Shown in pieces: positions 45,801-54,900 of a stretch of DNA of 64,000 bases. A program made the position numbers and the translations under genes. Position 1 is the stretch's first letter. Every line of letters starts with the position of its first letter. The stretch covers positions 4,884 to 68,883 of the forward strand of contig CANRBM010000002.1 in assembly GCA_947628855.1 (NCBI GenBank), read 5' to 3'. The DNA comes from an uncultured Clostridia bacterium. GTDB taxonomy: Bacteria > Bacillota > Clostridia > Christensenellales > CAG-917. Under the pieces are notes generated by a model, which was not told the origin of the DNA, did not search any database, and worked only from the letters and a program-made list of their open reading frames with translations.

Positions 45801-48629
45801 ACGCTCGAAGGCTGGGACAAGCCCATCACCTTCACAGTCAAAGCGACAAGCAATAAGGACGCGGGACAAGCGCACTTCACCGTCACGGGCACGGAAAACT
45901 ACACAGGCACGTCGAAGCAAGGCGATTTCACGATAGAGCCCGCAAAGGTCGATATCCAAGTCAATTCGCTAAGCTCCGCGCAGGGCGATGAACTCAGTAC
46001 GGACTATGGATATACTTTCCTCAACAGCACAAAATTCTTTGGCAACGATAATGCGACATTCGACCAAAAGATCGCAGGCAAATATTCTACCAACGCAAAG
46101 AAAGATCAGATAAGCGATCAATACAAGATCACGCTTGACATCAAGGACGCTCAAGCAGCTTTGACAAACTACACGATCACGGTCAAAGAAGGCGTTTACA
46201 CCGTCACAGACTCCATCTTCGCGGGCGTCACGTTTGCGGCAGGCACCGTCACCTACGACGGCAGCAAGCATACGCTCACCGCGCAAGGAACGGAAAAGAT
46301 CAAGGGTACACCTAAGATCGAGTATAAGTATCAAAAAGGCGATAGCACCGTGGACAACGCGTGGCAAGATATCCCCGACGGCGGATTCACGGACGCGGGC
46401 AAGTACAGCATCAGAGTCACGATAACCGTCGATGACCATGAGAGCAAATATCAAGAAACAAGGCTGCTCACCATCGAGCCGAAAAATATCGAGGGCGCGA
46501 CCGTCACGGTGGGCGGCGAGTACACCTACACGGGCAAGGCGATAACGGTTGATAAAGCGAATATCACCGTCAAACTTGACGCGTGGAGTTTGCCGATCGA
46601 TTTCGACATCGACGCGGAAGGCTATGCGGACAACATCAACGCCACTACCGATAAGCAGGCAACCGTCACGATCACGGGCAAAGGCAACTACACAGGCACG
46701 GCGACGGGCAACTTTGACATCGCAAGGAAGAACATTTCGGGCGGCACGTTGACTGTCACGGGCACTTACACCTACAACGGCAATGCGCAAACGCCTCAAG
46801 GCGATGAGCTCTCCGTCACGTTGCAAGGCTTTGATAATGTCTCATTCAAGGTCAAGGAAGAGGGCGGATATGAGAACAACACCAACGCGACGACGTCCGC
46901 AAGCAAGGCTAAGGTCACCGTCGAGGGCACAGGCAACTTCGTGGGCGAACTTAGCGCGCAATTCGACATACAGCAAGCGAAGATAGACAGCGTAGAGGTG
47001 CAAAATCCGGAAACATACATCTACAACAAGACGCCCATCGAGCCGACGCTGGTGGTCAAGAGCGGAACACTTACGCTTGACAAGGACGATTATGACATCG
47101 AATACACGACTGCCGAGAAAGAGCATACCAACGCGGGCACGGTGACATTCACCGTCAAGGCGAAAGCGAACAGCAACTTCACAGGCGAGGTGACGGGCAA
47201 GAGCTTTGTGATAAACAAGAAGCAGATAACCGTCAAGCTGTTGAAGCAGACAAGCGTGTATACGGGCGTCGCGCCCACTGTCTCCTCCGAACAGGGCATT
47301 GGCTGGGAGGTCGATGGAGACGCAATATGCGAGGGAGACGACCTCAACATAGAGCTGCGCGCGGAGGGACTTACCGCGGCGGCAAAGACGTACGTCATAG
47401 ATCCGAAATATAGCAATCCGAACTACGAAGTGAAGTGGGCTCCCGAAACGGCTGAGTTGGAAATAACTCCCGCTACGATAACCGTCACGGTGAAGCCGGC
47501 GAGCTCCACTTATGGCGACGCGGCGGCAAAACTCGAGATTGAAGTACAGGGTATTTGCTCAAGCGACAGCACGCTCAACATCAACGATTATGTCACGCTT
47601 TCTTGTGAAGTCAATGAAAAGACGGGCTACGGCACATACGATATCACCTGCACGAAGAAGAGCGATCCGGAAAACTACACCATCAACATTGTCAACAACG
47701 CCAAATACACTGTCAACAAGAAGGATGTCACGGTGACTATAAACGATCAAAACGCGACCTACAATTTTGAAGGCAAATATGATTTGGATCAGACGAAGTG
47801 GGAGCTTGCAGATGGACAGAGTCTTGCAAACGGCGAAACCAAGAATGCCCTCAAAGTCAAGCTTGCTCGCGTGGCCATCACGAGCGCCGGCGAATATGCG
47901 ATAACCGGCGCGAGCGACAATCCAAACTACAATGTGACGTTTGAAGGCGCATGGGCGCAAGAAGATGGCAACAAGGGCAAAGCGGGCGTATACACGGTTG
48001 CCAAGAAGACCTTGGTCCATGACGGAGAGTATGTCATCTTCATGCTTGCGATAGGCGATGATGTGGACGTTGAAGAAAAGAGATCCGTCAAGTTTGTTGG
48101 CGAGGATATAGAGCTCAGCGCGCGTATCTATGTGATGGAAGGTTCAGAACTCAGTGAGATCACAGGCTATGAACTCAGCGAAAGCACTCTGACCGCCTCC
48201 GGCACATACACGATCGTCGTCACTATAAACGATGTAAACTACGAAGGCAGCAGGACGTTCACGGTAGAGGTGCTCACGGAAGAAGGCTATTCGCAAGCGC
48301 TCAGCGACGCGCTCAAGGAGCTTGAGGAGAAAGTCGGAGACCTAACTGCGGACGCGCTTACATCAAGCGAGGAGCATTTCGAAATCATAAAGCAGGTTAA
48401 GGCAATACTGAACGCGCTGTCCGAAGAGGACAAGCAAGCGGGAGCGGAGCAACTTGCGAAATACGAAGAGCTTGTTGAGACGTGGGATGCCGCGGCTGAT
48501 ATAAGCGACGACGTCATTGAGACGGCGAAGAATATAGCGGACATGCCGATCAAGTGGCTGTTCGCGATGGCAGAGATGAGCGTACTGCTTGCGGCGTTGT
48601 ACGTAGTAGGAAAAGGAGGATTGATGTAA
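39855..48629 (+). CDS. 2924-aa cell-surface repeat protein (adhesin-like), function unknown
   Basis: GGGAGGAG RBS. Sec signal (KIFVILLFVVVAATLTFAFVNVPIGTANA/DE). C-terminal hydrophobic anchor (WLFAMAEMSVLLAALYVVGKGG). Two InlB-B-repeat-like modules (DDYYAFWQDSTGKVV; DGQKFYGWEIIDKD). A ~550-aa beta-helix-like centre opens with GHFYATLDEAVKAAKELGTADIVIV. About 13 tandem 80-90-aa Ig-like units of two alternating kinds (YTYNGQxxTP...NAGTAxVTVxGTGNFTG...FDI, and YGD-type TYGDTPENIAFEV...NYEVNV...YTV) span roughly nt 44950-48010. I saw no LPXTG or SLH motif. Confidence 0.85.
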   Translation: MARTNKLSKIFVILLFVVVAATLTFAFVNVPIGTANADEPLVLEGQTADYIVTADENLQKNYDVTTNTYTAPKGMDSVIVLKVLAPTSLGILKFKFVHGSLASGYGLDVYFSHNGDDSFEINDGDEYLPHIAEIHAPGYELVEPEPMDNLTYENDIITINQLYPGDVIKIKFHNAKKGSPTISGLKMNEQEYSVTAKIEGEAHGTVSIGDDVTSADKDSVSANIKEGHTATFTVKPDDDYYAFWQDSTGKVVGCENSFTTDMIFAETNYIVRFEKYVSAGSDGQAKITYDSTLDETADFGWKKSDTEGRYELTDIKHFATGNNVHASAPGILTLTLTFDGEKVVSFDYLLERAMQQTSGEIIEYPVQLLRLYFIVDGEGVTTDSLKAEPTGEEEFWSEPYNYKFEKGSTGLKETAAVTDEQAGTGATTSIEAMIKGEGHHKVEFVIVSMLTTGIPFYKDVTKCYVENIQVKDPTPHTFTLDYDDNLGNIIVTGAKKGEGNSWTGYDGFPITFEASTTEVESSLDKKTQVPTHFINWTVGDSQPTDTTLNLMFKDGKLTYGDKELTANEVKALFQEETIKPTAFRQISKETSDTQQITDGDEVKLNINEAAETQLRLITAGYGKENEEIVFKVNGANTSLQTVKRNDSLGELGDLMTEEILSEFNDEVQDLKWWVQPNLGKQLVLEVAYTCDGYFGESVLTMYLTYTADAKDLGLSNNSLNNVFTSDSEDGAYITTSNPKGEGDELWSATSEWEGDNGSIVFENNLHNINNLEQYSPGITSGQDRDKFWYYSYVRIGISQNGGAKRKGVLMFDIRLDITGGNGDRKGAVVVERRDHTATNGPERFEGTDVDYTPTTGLSYKDGTFNRSCITSVLEYTNKTQIWGMNNPYVTDLGDGWYRCAFPTVRECDYLSEDDSYTHDTLQYFISFGFSGDVSARYAIRNMTFRNGTDAEFKFNANDPQNNGNVTAKVGDSSITSGQTVAFGSRVELTATETDGQKFYGWEIIDKDNNSTFYASTSVSGSEYKLSYTVLDPVTVVAWFGNGEAYEARVGGHFYATLDEAVKAAKELGTADIVIVKDKIHLASDLEISAGISLILPFSDEGLYFGSAASNKYKTENRIAWADGDENANKYLTFFIDNTATLTVKGNFFVGGVVNHVGQGYQGHTSGAYAEVINNGHIVIQDKGVMDVYGRVRGTGDIDVQSGDLKQPFLILDFMGGTETLGLFMDGVTPFKRYAMINIECDFTIHYGARLVGHATLYALQEFISLDQAFIGMSDDYGRDTMIMLKDGAYVTATYDPNKVVGGATSTNCTEKIGETTLHFYGGAWFSYMQFTAMGITVPTSGVFFSIPYNYNLQLDVNGKEEGTYETKTDFMIMPGAVVHVCEKAKLILHSNAWIYDGFEQATVANKTYPTASDLENGNYSKSGNLIVDGTLEIQKKFGLNNSTALPDQSNLQPAIFVGLVQTTSNTGKIVIDSQAILTFRPFDGTEGPSGGNYFAYNSTARVWDAAHGCFADLKAGKTYTAVKGKEGNDVTFTLDSIKYTNTKQSETDELTLTLDQEMHGSWMEDHKGHQLDWTPTAEELGSLTRANFCELTRKCSVMGCDHSTSMYLLKDLNVLTAQTFKGEAYTDEQLKEIFLKMIFGEQANTAKGKITIVIGQHDELKNVPVSPYQIEITLTGAGWWLAGSSKYEYARTFTFNIQKYDISEKTGLTVTDIGAKTYTGQQITVSDVDIQFANQKLAKGTDYTLGFGNNVNVKDGGTVTVTGAGNFTGSFELKFKIDPADISGGTLTVQDPNFVYNGQAQTPTRDHLIILNVAGFDNSVITVDIQATDNTNAGTAHVTVEGTGNFTGELSETFDIKKATATVTLTSAAGTYGDTPENIAFEVTDYKVDADKAIIEEAVQITHTATSNSGVGNYAVNVKVGELQNYEVNVKNGNRSQDGWTVQKVYTVNAKSIDGATVSIKEGKTYTYNGQEITPAVGEIEVTLEGWDKPITFTVKATSNKDAGQAHFTVTGTENYTGTSKQGDFTIEPAKVDIQVNSLSSAQGDELSTDYGYTFLNSTKFFGNDNATFDQKIAGKYSTNAKKDQISDQYKITLDIKDAQAALTNYTITVKEGVYTVTDSIFAGVTFAAGTVTYDGSKHTLTAQGTEKIKGTPKIEYKYQKGDSTVDNAWQDIPDGGFTDAGKYSIRVTITVDDHESKYQETRLLTIEPKNIEGATVTVGGEYTYTGKAITVDKANITVKLDAWSLPIDFDIDAEGYADNINATTDKQATVTITGKGNYTGTATGNFDIARKNISGGTLTVTGTYTYNGNAQTPQGDELSVTLQGFDNVSFKVKEEGGYENNTNATTSASKAKVTVEGTGNFVGELSAQFDIQQAKIDSVEVQNPETYIYNKTPIEPTLVVKSGTLTLDKDDYDIEYTTAEKEHTNAGTVTFTVKAKANSNFTGEVTGKSFVINKKQITVKLLKQTSVYTGVAPTVSSEQGIGWEVDGDAICEGDDLNIELRAEGLTAAAKTYVIDPKYSNPNYEVKWAPETAELEITPATITVTVKPASSTYGDAAAKLEIEVQGICSSDSTLNINDYVTLSCEVNEKTGYGTYDITCTKKSDPENYTINIVNNAKYTVNKKDVTVTINDQNATYNFEGKYDLDQTKWELADGQSLANGETKNALKVKLARVAITSAGEYAITGASDNPNYNVTFEGAWAQEDGNKGKAGVYTVAKKTLVHDGEYVIFMLAIGDDVDVEEKRSVKFVGEDIELSARIYVMEGSELSEITGYELSESTLTASGTYTIVVTINDVNYEGSRTFTVEVLTEEGYSQALSDALKELEEKVGDLTADALTSSEEHFEIIKQVKAILNALSEEDKQAGAEQLAKYEELVETWDAAADISDDVIETAKNIADMPIKWLFAMAEMSVLLAALYVVGKGGLM

Positions 48630-49198
48630 TGAAAAAGAGACTCATACTTTTGACGATAGCAGTAATGTTGCTTACGATAGTGACGGTGGCGTTTGTGGGA
48701 TGCGATCCGGAGGAAGAAGTGACGGGGCTGGCGCTAATACAGCAGCAGTATAACGATATAGTCACGGCGAAGGCGATAGTGCAAAGCATCACGATAAAGA
48801 GCGGGGAGATCACGCAGTTCGAGAGCGAAAAGACCTACACCAAGACTGATGACGGGTACACAGTCACGGGGACGGAGAAGAAGTTTAACGGCGTGGACAA
48901 GCTGTTTGACGAGACGCCGATCAACGAGACGGTGCAGAAGGCGGTAGACGCCAAGCCTACGCTCAATTTGAACGAGATGTATTTTGAGGGCGACTATCGT
49001 CTTTCGGAGACGGGGCTCACGGCGAATGTCAAGCAGGCGAACGTCAAGGACGTGTTTGGGGCCACGGGCGAGCTGAAGGCTCCTACGGACAATCTCATGC
49101 TTGAGATGAGCGTATCGGGCGGACACATTTCAAGTGTGCGCATAAGTTACGATTCTGAAGGGAGTCACGTTGTGATAACGCTCACGATGACCTATTGA
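48629..49198 (+). CDS. 189-aa lipoprotein, unknown function
   Basis: ORF 48554..49198, start trimmed to ATG 48629, which overlaps the upstream stop (TAATG). AAAAGGAGGA RBS. Signal MKKRLILLTIAVMLLTIVTVAFVGC. The mature part looks all-beta. Confidence 0.75.
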   Translation: MKKRLILLTIAVMLLTIVTVAFVGCDPEEEVTGLALIQQQYNDIVTAKAIVQSITIKSGEITQFESEKTYTKTDDGYTVTGTEKKFNGVDKLFDETPINETVQKAVDAKPTLNLNEMYFEGDYRLSETGLTANVKQANVKDVFGATGELKAPTDNLMLEMSVSGGHISSVRISYDSEGSHVVITLTMTY

Positions 49199-49229
49199 TA
49201 GGTGGTCGCGGGTAAAAGACAGTAAAAGA

Positions 49230-49268
49230 GACAACAAGGGGACGTTTTTGTGCGCCGCCCTTGTTGTC
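49230..49268 (+). other. 11-bp-stem hairpin between the lipoprotein and ABC genes
   Basis: GACAACAAGGG (49230-49240), 17-nt loop, CCCTTGTTGTC (49258-49268). No T-run follows. Flanked by direct repeats TAAAAGAGACAA / TAAAAAGAGACAA. Confidence 0.5.
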
Positions 49269-49320
49269 GTAAAAAGAGACAATAAAAAGAACAATAAAAT
49301 ATAGGGAAATAAATCAACTT

Positions 49321-50199
49321 ATGGGCAAGAACAGAACAAACAGAAATATCACGGCAGACCTTGGCGTAAAGGCGAACTCCGCCGAGCCGATGACAGACGC
49401 TCAAGCGGCAAGCGGGAATGAAGGGCAAGTGCCCGTCGTAGAGATAAAGGGGCTTTACAAGAAGTACTCCAAGAAGGCGGACTATGCTATAAAGGACGTC
49501 ACGTTCAGCTGTTATGCGGGCGAGATAGTGGGCCTTTTGGGACACAACGGCGCGGGCAAGAGTACAACTCTCAAATGTCTTGAGGGCATGTTGCCGTATG
49601 AAGAGGGCGAGATACGCATAGACGGGCACGACGTCAAAAAAGAGCCTATCGCGGCAAAGGCGCATATGGGATTTGTCACGGACAACCACGCGGTGTTTGT
49701 GAAGATGACGGGCAAGGAGTATCTGTCCTTTATGGCTACCGTATACAAAGTGCCGCAAAATGTGAGGAAGGAGAGGTATGAACAGTTGGAAGAGGTTTTC
49801 CAGCTGGGAGACGCGGTGAACAATCTCATAAGCAGCTATTCTCACGGCATGCGGCAGAAGATATGCATGATGGGTTCGCTTATGCACGAGCCGAGGCTGT
49901 GGATATTGGACGAACCGTTGACAGGCTTAGACCCCCGCACGATGAAGGCGGTGCGCGAATTTATGAAGGAGTACGCGAAGAAAGGGAATTGCATAATCTT
50001 CAGCTCGCATGCTTTAGGCAGCGTGGCGCAGATATGTGACAGAGTGGTGCTCATCCGCCGCGGCTTGCAGGTGGACGCGCTCAACATAAGGCAGATAATG
50101 ACGGAGAATCCCAATTTCGATTTCGAAGGCTACTTCCTTGAGGGCGAACGCCGCGCGGAAGAGGAGACGGAGCATAAGGCGCAGGAAGGTGAGGCATAA
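49321..50199 (+). CDS. ABC transporter ATP-binding protein
   Basis: 292 aa. Walker A GHNGAGKST, signature YSHGMRQK, Walker B LWILDEPLTGLD. The start is uncertain: no clear RBS at 49321, and the first ~35 aa are non-conserved. Confidence 0.85.
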   Translation: MGKNRTNRNITADLGVKANSAEPMTDAQAASGNEGQVPVVEIKGLYKKYSKKADYAIKDVTFSCYAGEIVGLLGHNGAGKSTTLKCLEGMLPYEEGEIRIDGHDVKKEPIAAKAHMGFVTDNHAVFVKMTGKEYLSFMATVYKVPQNVRKERYEQLEEVFQLGDAVNNLISSYSHGMRQKICMMGSLMHEPRLWILDEPLTGLDPRTMKAVREFMKEYAKKGNCIIFSSHALGSVAQICDRVVLIRRGLQVDALNIRQIMTENPNFDFEGYFLEGERRAEEETEHKAQEGEA

Positions 50200-51947
50200 T
50201 GAAGAGATTGGATACCGAGCTTATCGGCGCGTTGCTCAAGAAACAGCGGATAGAGAGCTCGTATAAATATCGTCGCGGAAAATTCGACATAATGGGCTTT
50301 TTGCTCGGGCTTTTGCTTGCGGCGGCGATAATAGCGCTGTTTGTGGTGTTCTTTGGCAAATTCGTAGGAATATACATGCAAGTGAAAGGCGTATTCGGCG
50401 TTGAGGGCGTAGAGGCAAGACCCGCATTCCACTACGATCTGAGGATATACGAACTCATGACGCTCATCTATGCGGTGGTGTTCATCTTTTTGACGATAGG
50501 GGCGATAATGCAGATAAACAGGCAGATATTTGACGCGGACGGAGCAAGGCTTTATGCGGCTATGCCTGTGGATTCAACAAGCCTGTATGTTGCAAAGATG
50601 ATAACGATATATGCGTCCCAGCTTGTCATATCTACGGTCGTAGTGCTGACTGTCAACATCACGGCGGCGATAAACGTAATGAGCAAGGTCGCGCTTGGGT
50701 GGCAATATTGGCTTGTTACGGGCGTGATGTGCTTTTTGCTCCCGTTGTTGACGATAGCAGTTGGGTCTCTGCTCGCGTTGCCCGTCAATGCTGTAAAGCG
50801 GTTTTTGAAGGACAAGTTTTTGTTGAACTTCATATTGGTCACGGCGATAATGGCGGTGGCGTTCTGGCTGTATTCGATAGTGCTGGACGCGGTGAAGCAG
50901 ATGCTGCTCGGAGACGATCTCAAATACTTCTTTGACGAACCCAAGATGACGGTCATCGTAGAGCTTGTGAGCGGGTTATATCCCGTTAAGTGGCTTGTGG
51001 ACCTGATGCTTGCAAAGCTGGATCCGTCCGCATTGCACATTGGACATACGCCGCTCATTGCGGGTGTTGGCATAGCGGGAGTGTTGGCGGCGTGTATCGC
51101 GCTTGCGCTCGTAATGCTGAGGTTCATGTTGCAACGCGCATTGCAATCCCGCAACACGGGCAGCAGCAGTTATTTGAAGAAAGGCGGCAATGTTGAGAGC
51201 GGAAAGTATGGATTTTTCGCTTTGGTGAAGAAGGAATTTTTGCTCATTTTCCGCACTCCGGCGTATATGTTCAGTTATTTGTCCGTAGCGGTAATAATGC
51301 CGCTTATGGTGTATTTTTGCATGGCGGTGGGCGCGTCCATGTTGGAGAGCTTGGTGGGAGTGCAGCTGAATTTGGAGCTTGCGCTCTTCCTCACATTGCT
51401 TTTCGGCGCGCTTACAAACGTATTTTGCGCGACGAACATAAGCCGAGACGGCGAGATGTTCTACTCCGTAAAGGCGTATCCGCTGGGATATAAGTCTGTA
51501 TTTTTCTCCAAAATATTTTTGTGCATGCTTGTTACGACTCTGTCTCAGCTTGCAAACGCGATCGTGCTCATATGCACGTCCAGCGTGAGCTGGTATGGCG
51601 GTTTGTTCGTGTTCATCGTGGGCGCGCTGTTTGGGTTTGTGAACATATGCGTGGCGACGAGATATGATTTCAACCACGCGCACTTCTCGACGGAAGAGGA
51701 CGGCGAGATAAAGGAATCGAGCGGAGTTGTGTCCACGATAATAGTATTCGGCATGGTGACGGCGTTTTTGGTGGGCGGCCTTGAGGTGGTAATGCGCCTT
51801 ATGACGGAGCTTAAAGGGCAAAGTTTGCCGTGGCTCACCTATTTGATAGGCGCGGTCGCTGCGGTGATAGGAGCGGTGCTGGCGTGCCTGTATTTTGTGG
51901 GCAGGTTGGGCAAGAAGTACTATGAGTTTGAAGGAGGGGAGATCTGA
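50199..51947 (+). CDS. 582-aa polytopic ABC-exporter-type permease
   Basis: The ATG overlaps the ATPase stop (TAATG). About 10-12 hydrophobic segments by eye. No recognisable enzymatic motif. Size and topology resemble the Firmicute 'putative ABC exporter' permeases. Confidence 0.7.
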   Translation: MKRLDTELIGALLKKQRIESSYKYRRGKFDIMGFLLGLLLAAAIIALFVVFFGKFVGIYMQVKGVFGVEGVEARPAFHYDLRIYELMTLIYAVVFIFLTIGAIMQINRQIFDADGARLYAAMPVDSTSLYVAKMITIYASQLVISTVVVLTVNITAAINVMSKVALGWQYWLVTGVMCFLLPLLTIAVGSLLALPVNAVKRFLKDKFLLNFILVTAIMAVAFWLYSIVLDAVKQMLLGDDLKYFFDEPKMTVIVELVSGLYPVKWLVDLMLAKLDPSALHIGHTPLIAGVGIAGVLAACIALALVMLRFMLQRALQSRNTGSSSYLKKGGNVESGKYGFFALVKKEFLLIFRTPAYMFSYLSVAVIMPLMVYFCMAVGASMLESLVGVQLNLELALFLTLLFGALTNVFCATNISRDGEMFYSVKAYPLGYKSVFFSKIFLCMLVTTLSQLANAIVLICTSSVSWYGGLFVFIVGALFGFVNICVATRYDFNHAHFSTEEDGEIKESSGVVSTIIVFGMVTAFLVGGLEVVMRLMTELKGQSLPWLTYLIGAVAAVIGAVLACLYFVGRLGKKYYEFEGGEI

Positions 51948-54900
51948 TGAGGAAGTTGGTAATTGCGCTGATAATAGTTTTGCCTATGGTATTTGTGTTG
52001 GTGCTGTTTTCATCCGCCAATCTTGTGAGCATAAGCGTGAAGGTGTCCGTGAACGGCATACAGATATTTGCGGACGGCGATCCACTCCCCGAGGGAGAGG
52101 CGCTATATGTGGATATGGCGGATATGGAGGACCACATGGTGAGGGCGGAGGTCACGCCCGCGAATGCGTTTGAGAAGGGCTTTACGCTTGAGAGCGACAA
52201 TCCCGAGGTGTTGACAATAAATCAAGACGGAGAGATAGGATATATAGAGGCGCTCAGCGAAGGCACGGCAAACGTCACGGCTACAAGCAAAGACAAGGGC
52301 TTTACGGCGAGCGTACCCGTGGTGGTGACGTCCTCTAAGGCATATGGTGTGGATTTTTCGCTTTATGACGGGGATGGAAACGTCGTAAAGATGAATTACA
52401 ACGCCAACAATTCGACATATACCGTTGCGGGCGAAATAGCCGCGGGCACATACACATACAAAGTAGACATAGAGGGAGGAGACTCAAAGGAGTACACGCT
52501 TAAGGCGGAGGACGAGATAAAGGCTATAATAAACGAGGGCGAAGAGAGCATAATGTTTCCTTTCAGCGACGACGCCACGCTAAAGCTCGAAGTGCCGGAC
52601 GCGATCGTAAACGGCATGACGGGGCAGACGATGACGCGCACCATAAAACTTAATGTGGCAAAAGCGCAGTCTGCAAGCGGCATGATCGTGAACGGAGTGG
52701 CGGACGGCAACACGGTGTTGCTTGCCGAGGGCGCGGACAAGGCGACTATGTATGTAGAGTGCGCGGGCGAACCCGAGCTCACGGGCGAGGGCATAGCGAG
52801 CGTGCGCTGTCTTGTGCACGGCACAAGCACACAGCCTCAGGCGATGAGCGCGGACGAAAACACGCGCGCCGCGAGCGGCAATTACCACAAGCTCGAGGTG
52901 ACTTTAAAGGACGGATACAGACAGGGCGAGTTGCATGCCGAGTTGAAAGCGGGAGGCAAGAGCGTGCCTGTAAAACTCAGTTTTGAGAAGTTCGACTTCA
53001 ATCTGCGCGCTCCCATAATGCGCGAGGACGTTGCGGGATTTGGGACGGTAATACTCAAGGACACTGTTACGACGATGTACGCGGTGCCTGCGGTAAGCGT
53101 GCAGGACGTAGAGTATGTGTGGGAAACGGACGCAGCATCGCTTGAGCTCAAGCCCGCACGAAACGGCGCGGAATGCGCTTTTACGGCGAGCGTAGACGGA
53201 GAATACGGCGTGAGCGTGCAAGCAAAGCGAAACGGCGAGAATTTGGGCGCGGCGAAGCAGCTCAACGTGACCGTAACGACAAAAGTGAACAGCGTATGGA
53301 TAAACAATTCGACGGTAGTAGACCTTGCGGAGCGCTATACTGTGGGCGGCAAGAAGTTTGCAGAGAATGGCGAAATTGTGGATAACGACGGTTATGCCAT
53401 AAGGATAATGGTAAGCAAGAAAGGCTCGACCCCGCATCCCAACGACTATGAGGGGATAGAGGTGGTCTCGTCCAATGAAGAAATAGCATCCGTAACAATG
53501 CGGGACGGCATGGCGTGTCTGGATATAAAGGGAGACGGAGCAATTGAGGTCACGGCAAGGTGGAAATACAACGAGGAGTTTGGCGGCAAAGCTACGAGCG
53601 CCATAAAGCTGAATGTAGTGAAGGACGCCGTGGAGGTAAGCAATTATCCCAATCTCCGCACCGCGACGGAAAACGGACATAAGGTTGTGCTCACAAACAA
53701 TATTATGCTGGGTTCGGACAAGAACGGGCAGGAGTTGCCCCTTGAGGAGAGGCAGCAGATCGCCGCAGAGCACAAGTACAATTCCACCTACAACACCGCG
53801 TGGTACAAACAAAAGAACAATTTGGACAAGGCGAAGGTGATGTATGCGCTGGAGTTCAAAGCGGATGTCTACGGCAACGGCAAATATTTGGACGCAGAGT
53901 ATTTCACCAATGCGGTGGATGGGACGGGACGTCCGTTGATATTCACAGGACCATTGTCATTTGTGGGATTCGGCGAAGATCAATATTCCGCGGCGAGAGT
54001 TGCGGCGCAGGACAATTGCGCCTTCCTCATCCGCACGGACGGCGTAAAACTGTATGGAGTCAATTTGCGCGGTTGCAGCGACGACAGCTTGTATGAAGGC
54101 AACAATTATGAGCTGAACCACCTCAACTATGTCGGGACGACGCTTGAGATCAACGCGGATTGCGACATCATCAATTGCAGACTGCAAAACGGGCGCAACG
54201 TCGTGCGCGCATATGGCGGCAACAGAAATGCAGATCTTGATTCGATGAGCTATTATATCAATTCTGTCCCCAATTTCGACATAGCGGACGCGGACCGTAT
54301 AATCGTCAACATCAAGGGCTGCATCCTTACGCAAAGCAGGGAGTTTATCGTAAAACTCGGTGTAAACAGGGCGATAAAGGGCTCTCGCGCAAACACGGCG
54401 CATCCCGAATTGAGGGATGAAAATAACCGTGCATATAAAGAGACTACAAAGAAGATCTCCGTGCAGGATGACGCGGGCAATGTCCATCCAAAGACAGTTG
54501 GAACAAACCAATACGACATCACAAACGATGAATTTTTCTACAAGCGTTATGTTATGACGGACCTCACGCTTGAGGACAGCGTGCTTGAAACGAGCGGACT
54601 GTTCTGCATAGGAGTAGAGAGCAACTTCGCGGGCGAGGTGCTCACGGATGGTTGTTCGAGCAGTCTTTATGCAGGCAAGTTGAAAACGGAAGGCTGGGCG
54701 AACTCCGGCGGAACATCGTTTGCCTCCATGCTAAGACTTGTGGGCGACGTGCGGATGTACGATTGGAAGGATGTGTCGCAAGTGGACAGCAGCACACTCA
54801 TCGAGTCCGGCAACGGTAGCGGAGATCCATTGGGAGGCATACTCAGCTTCAACATCTCAGCGATGTTGCAGGAAGTGGACGGGCAGGACGAATATGCAAA

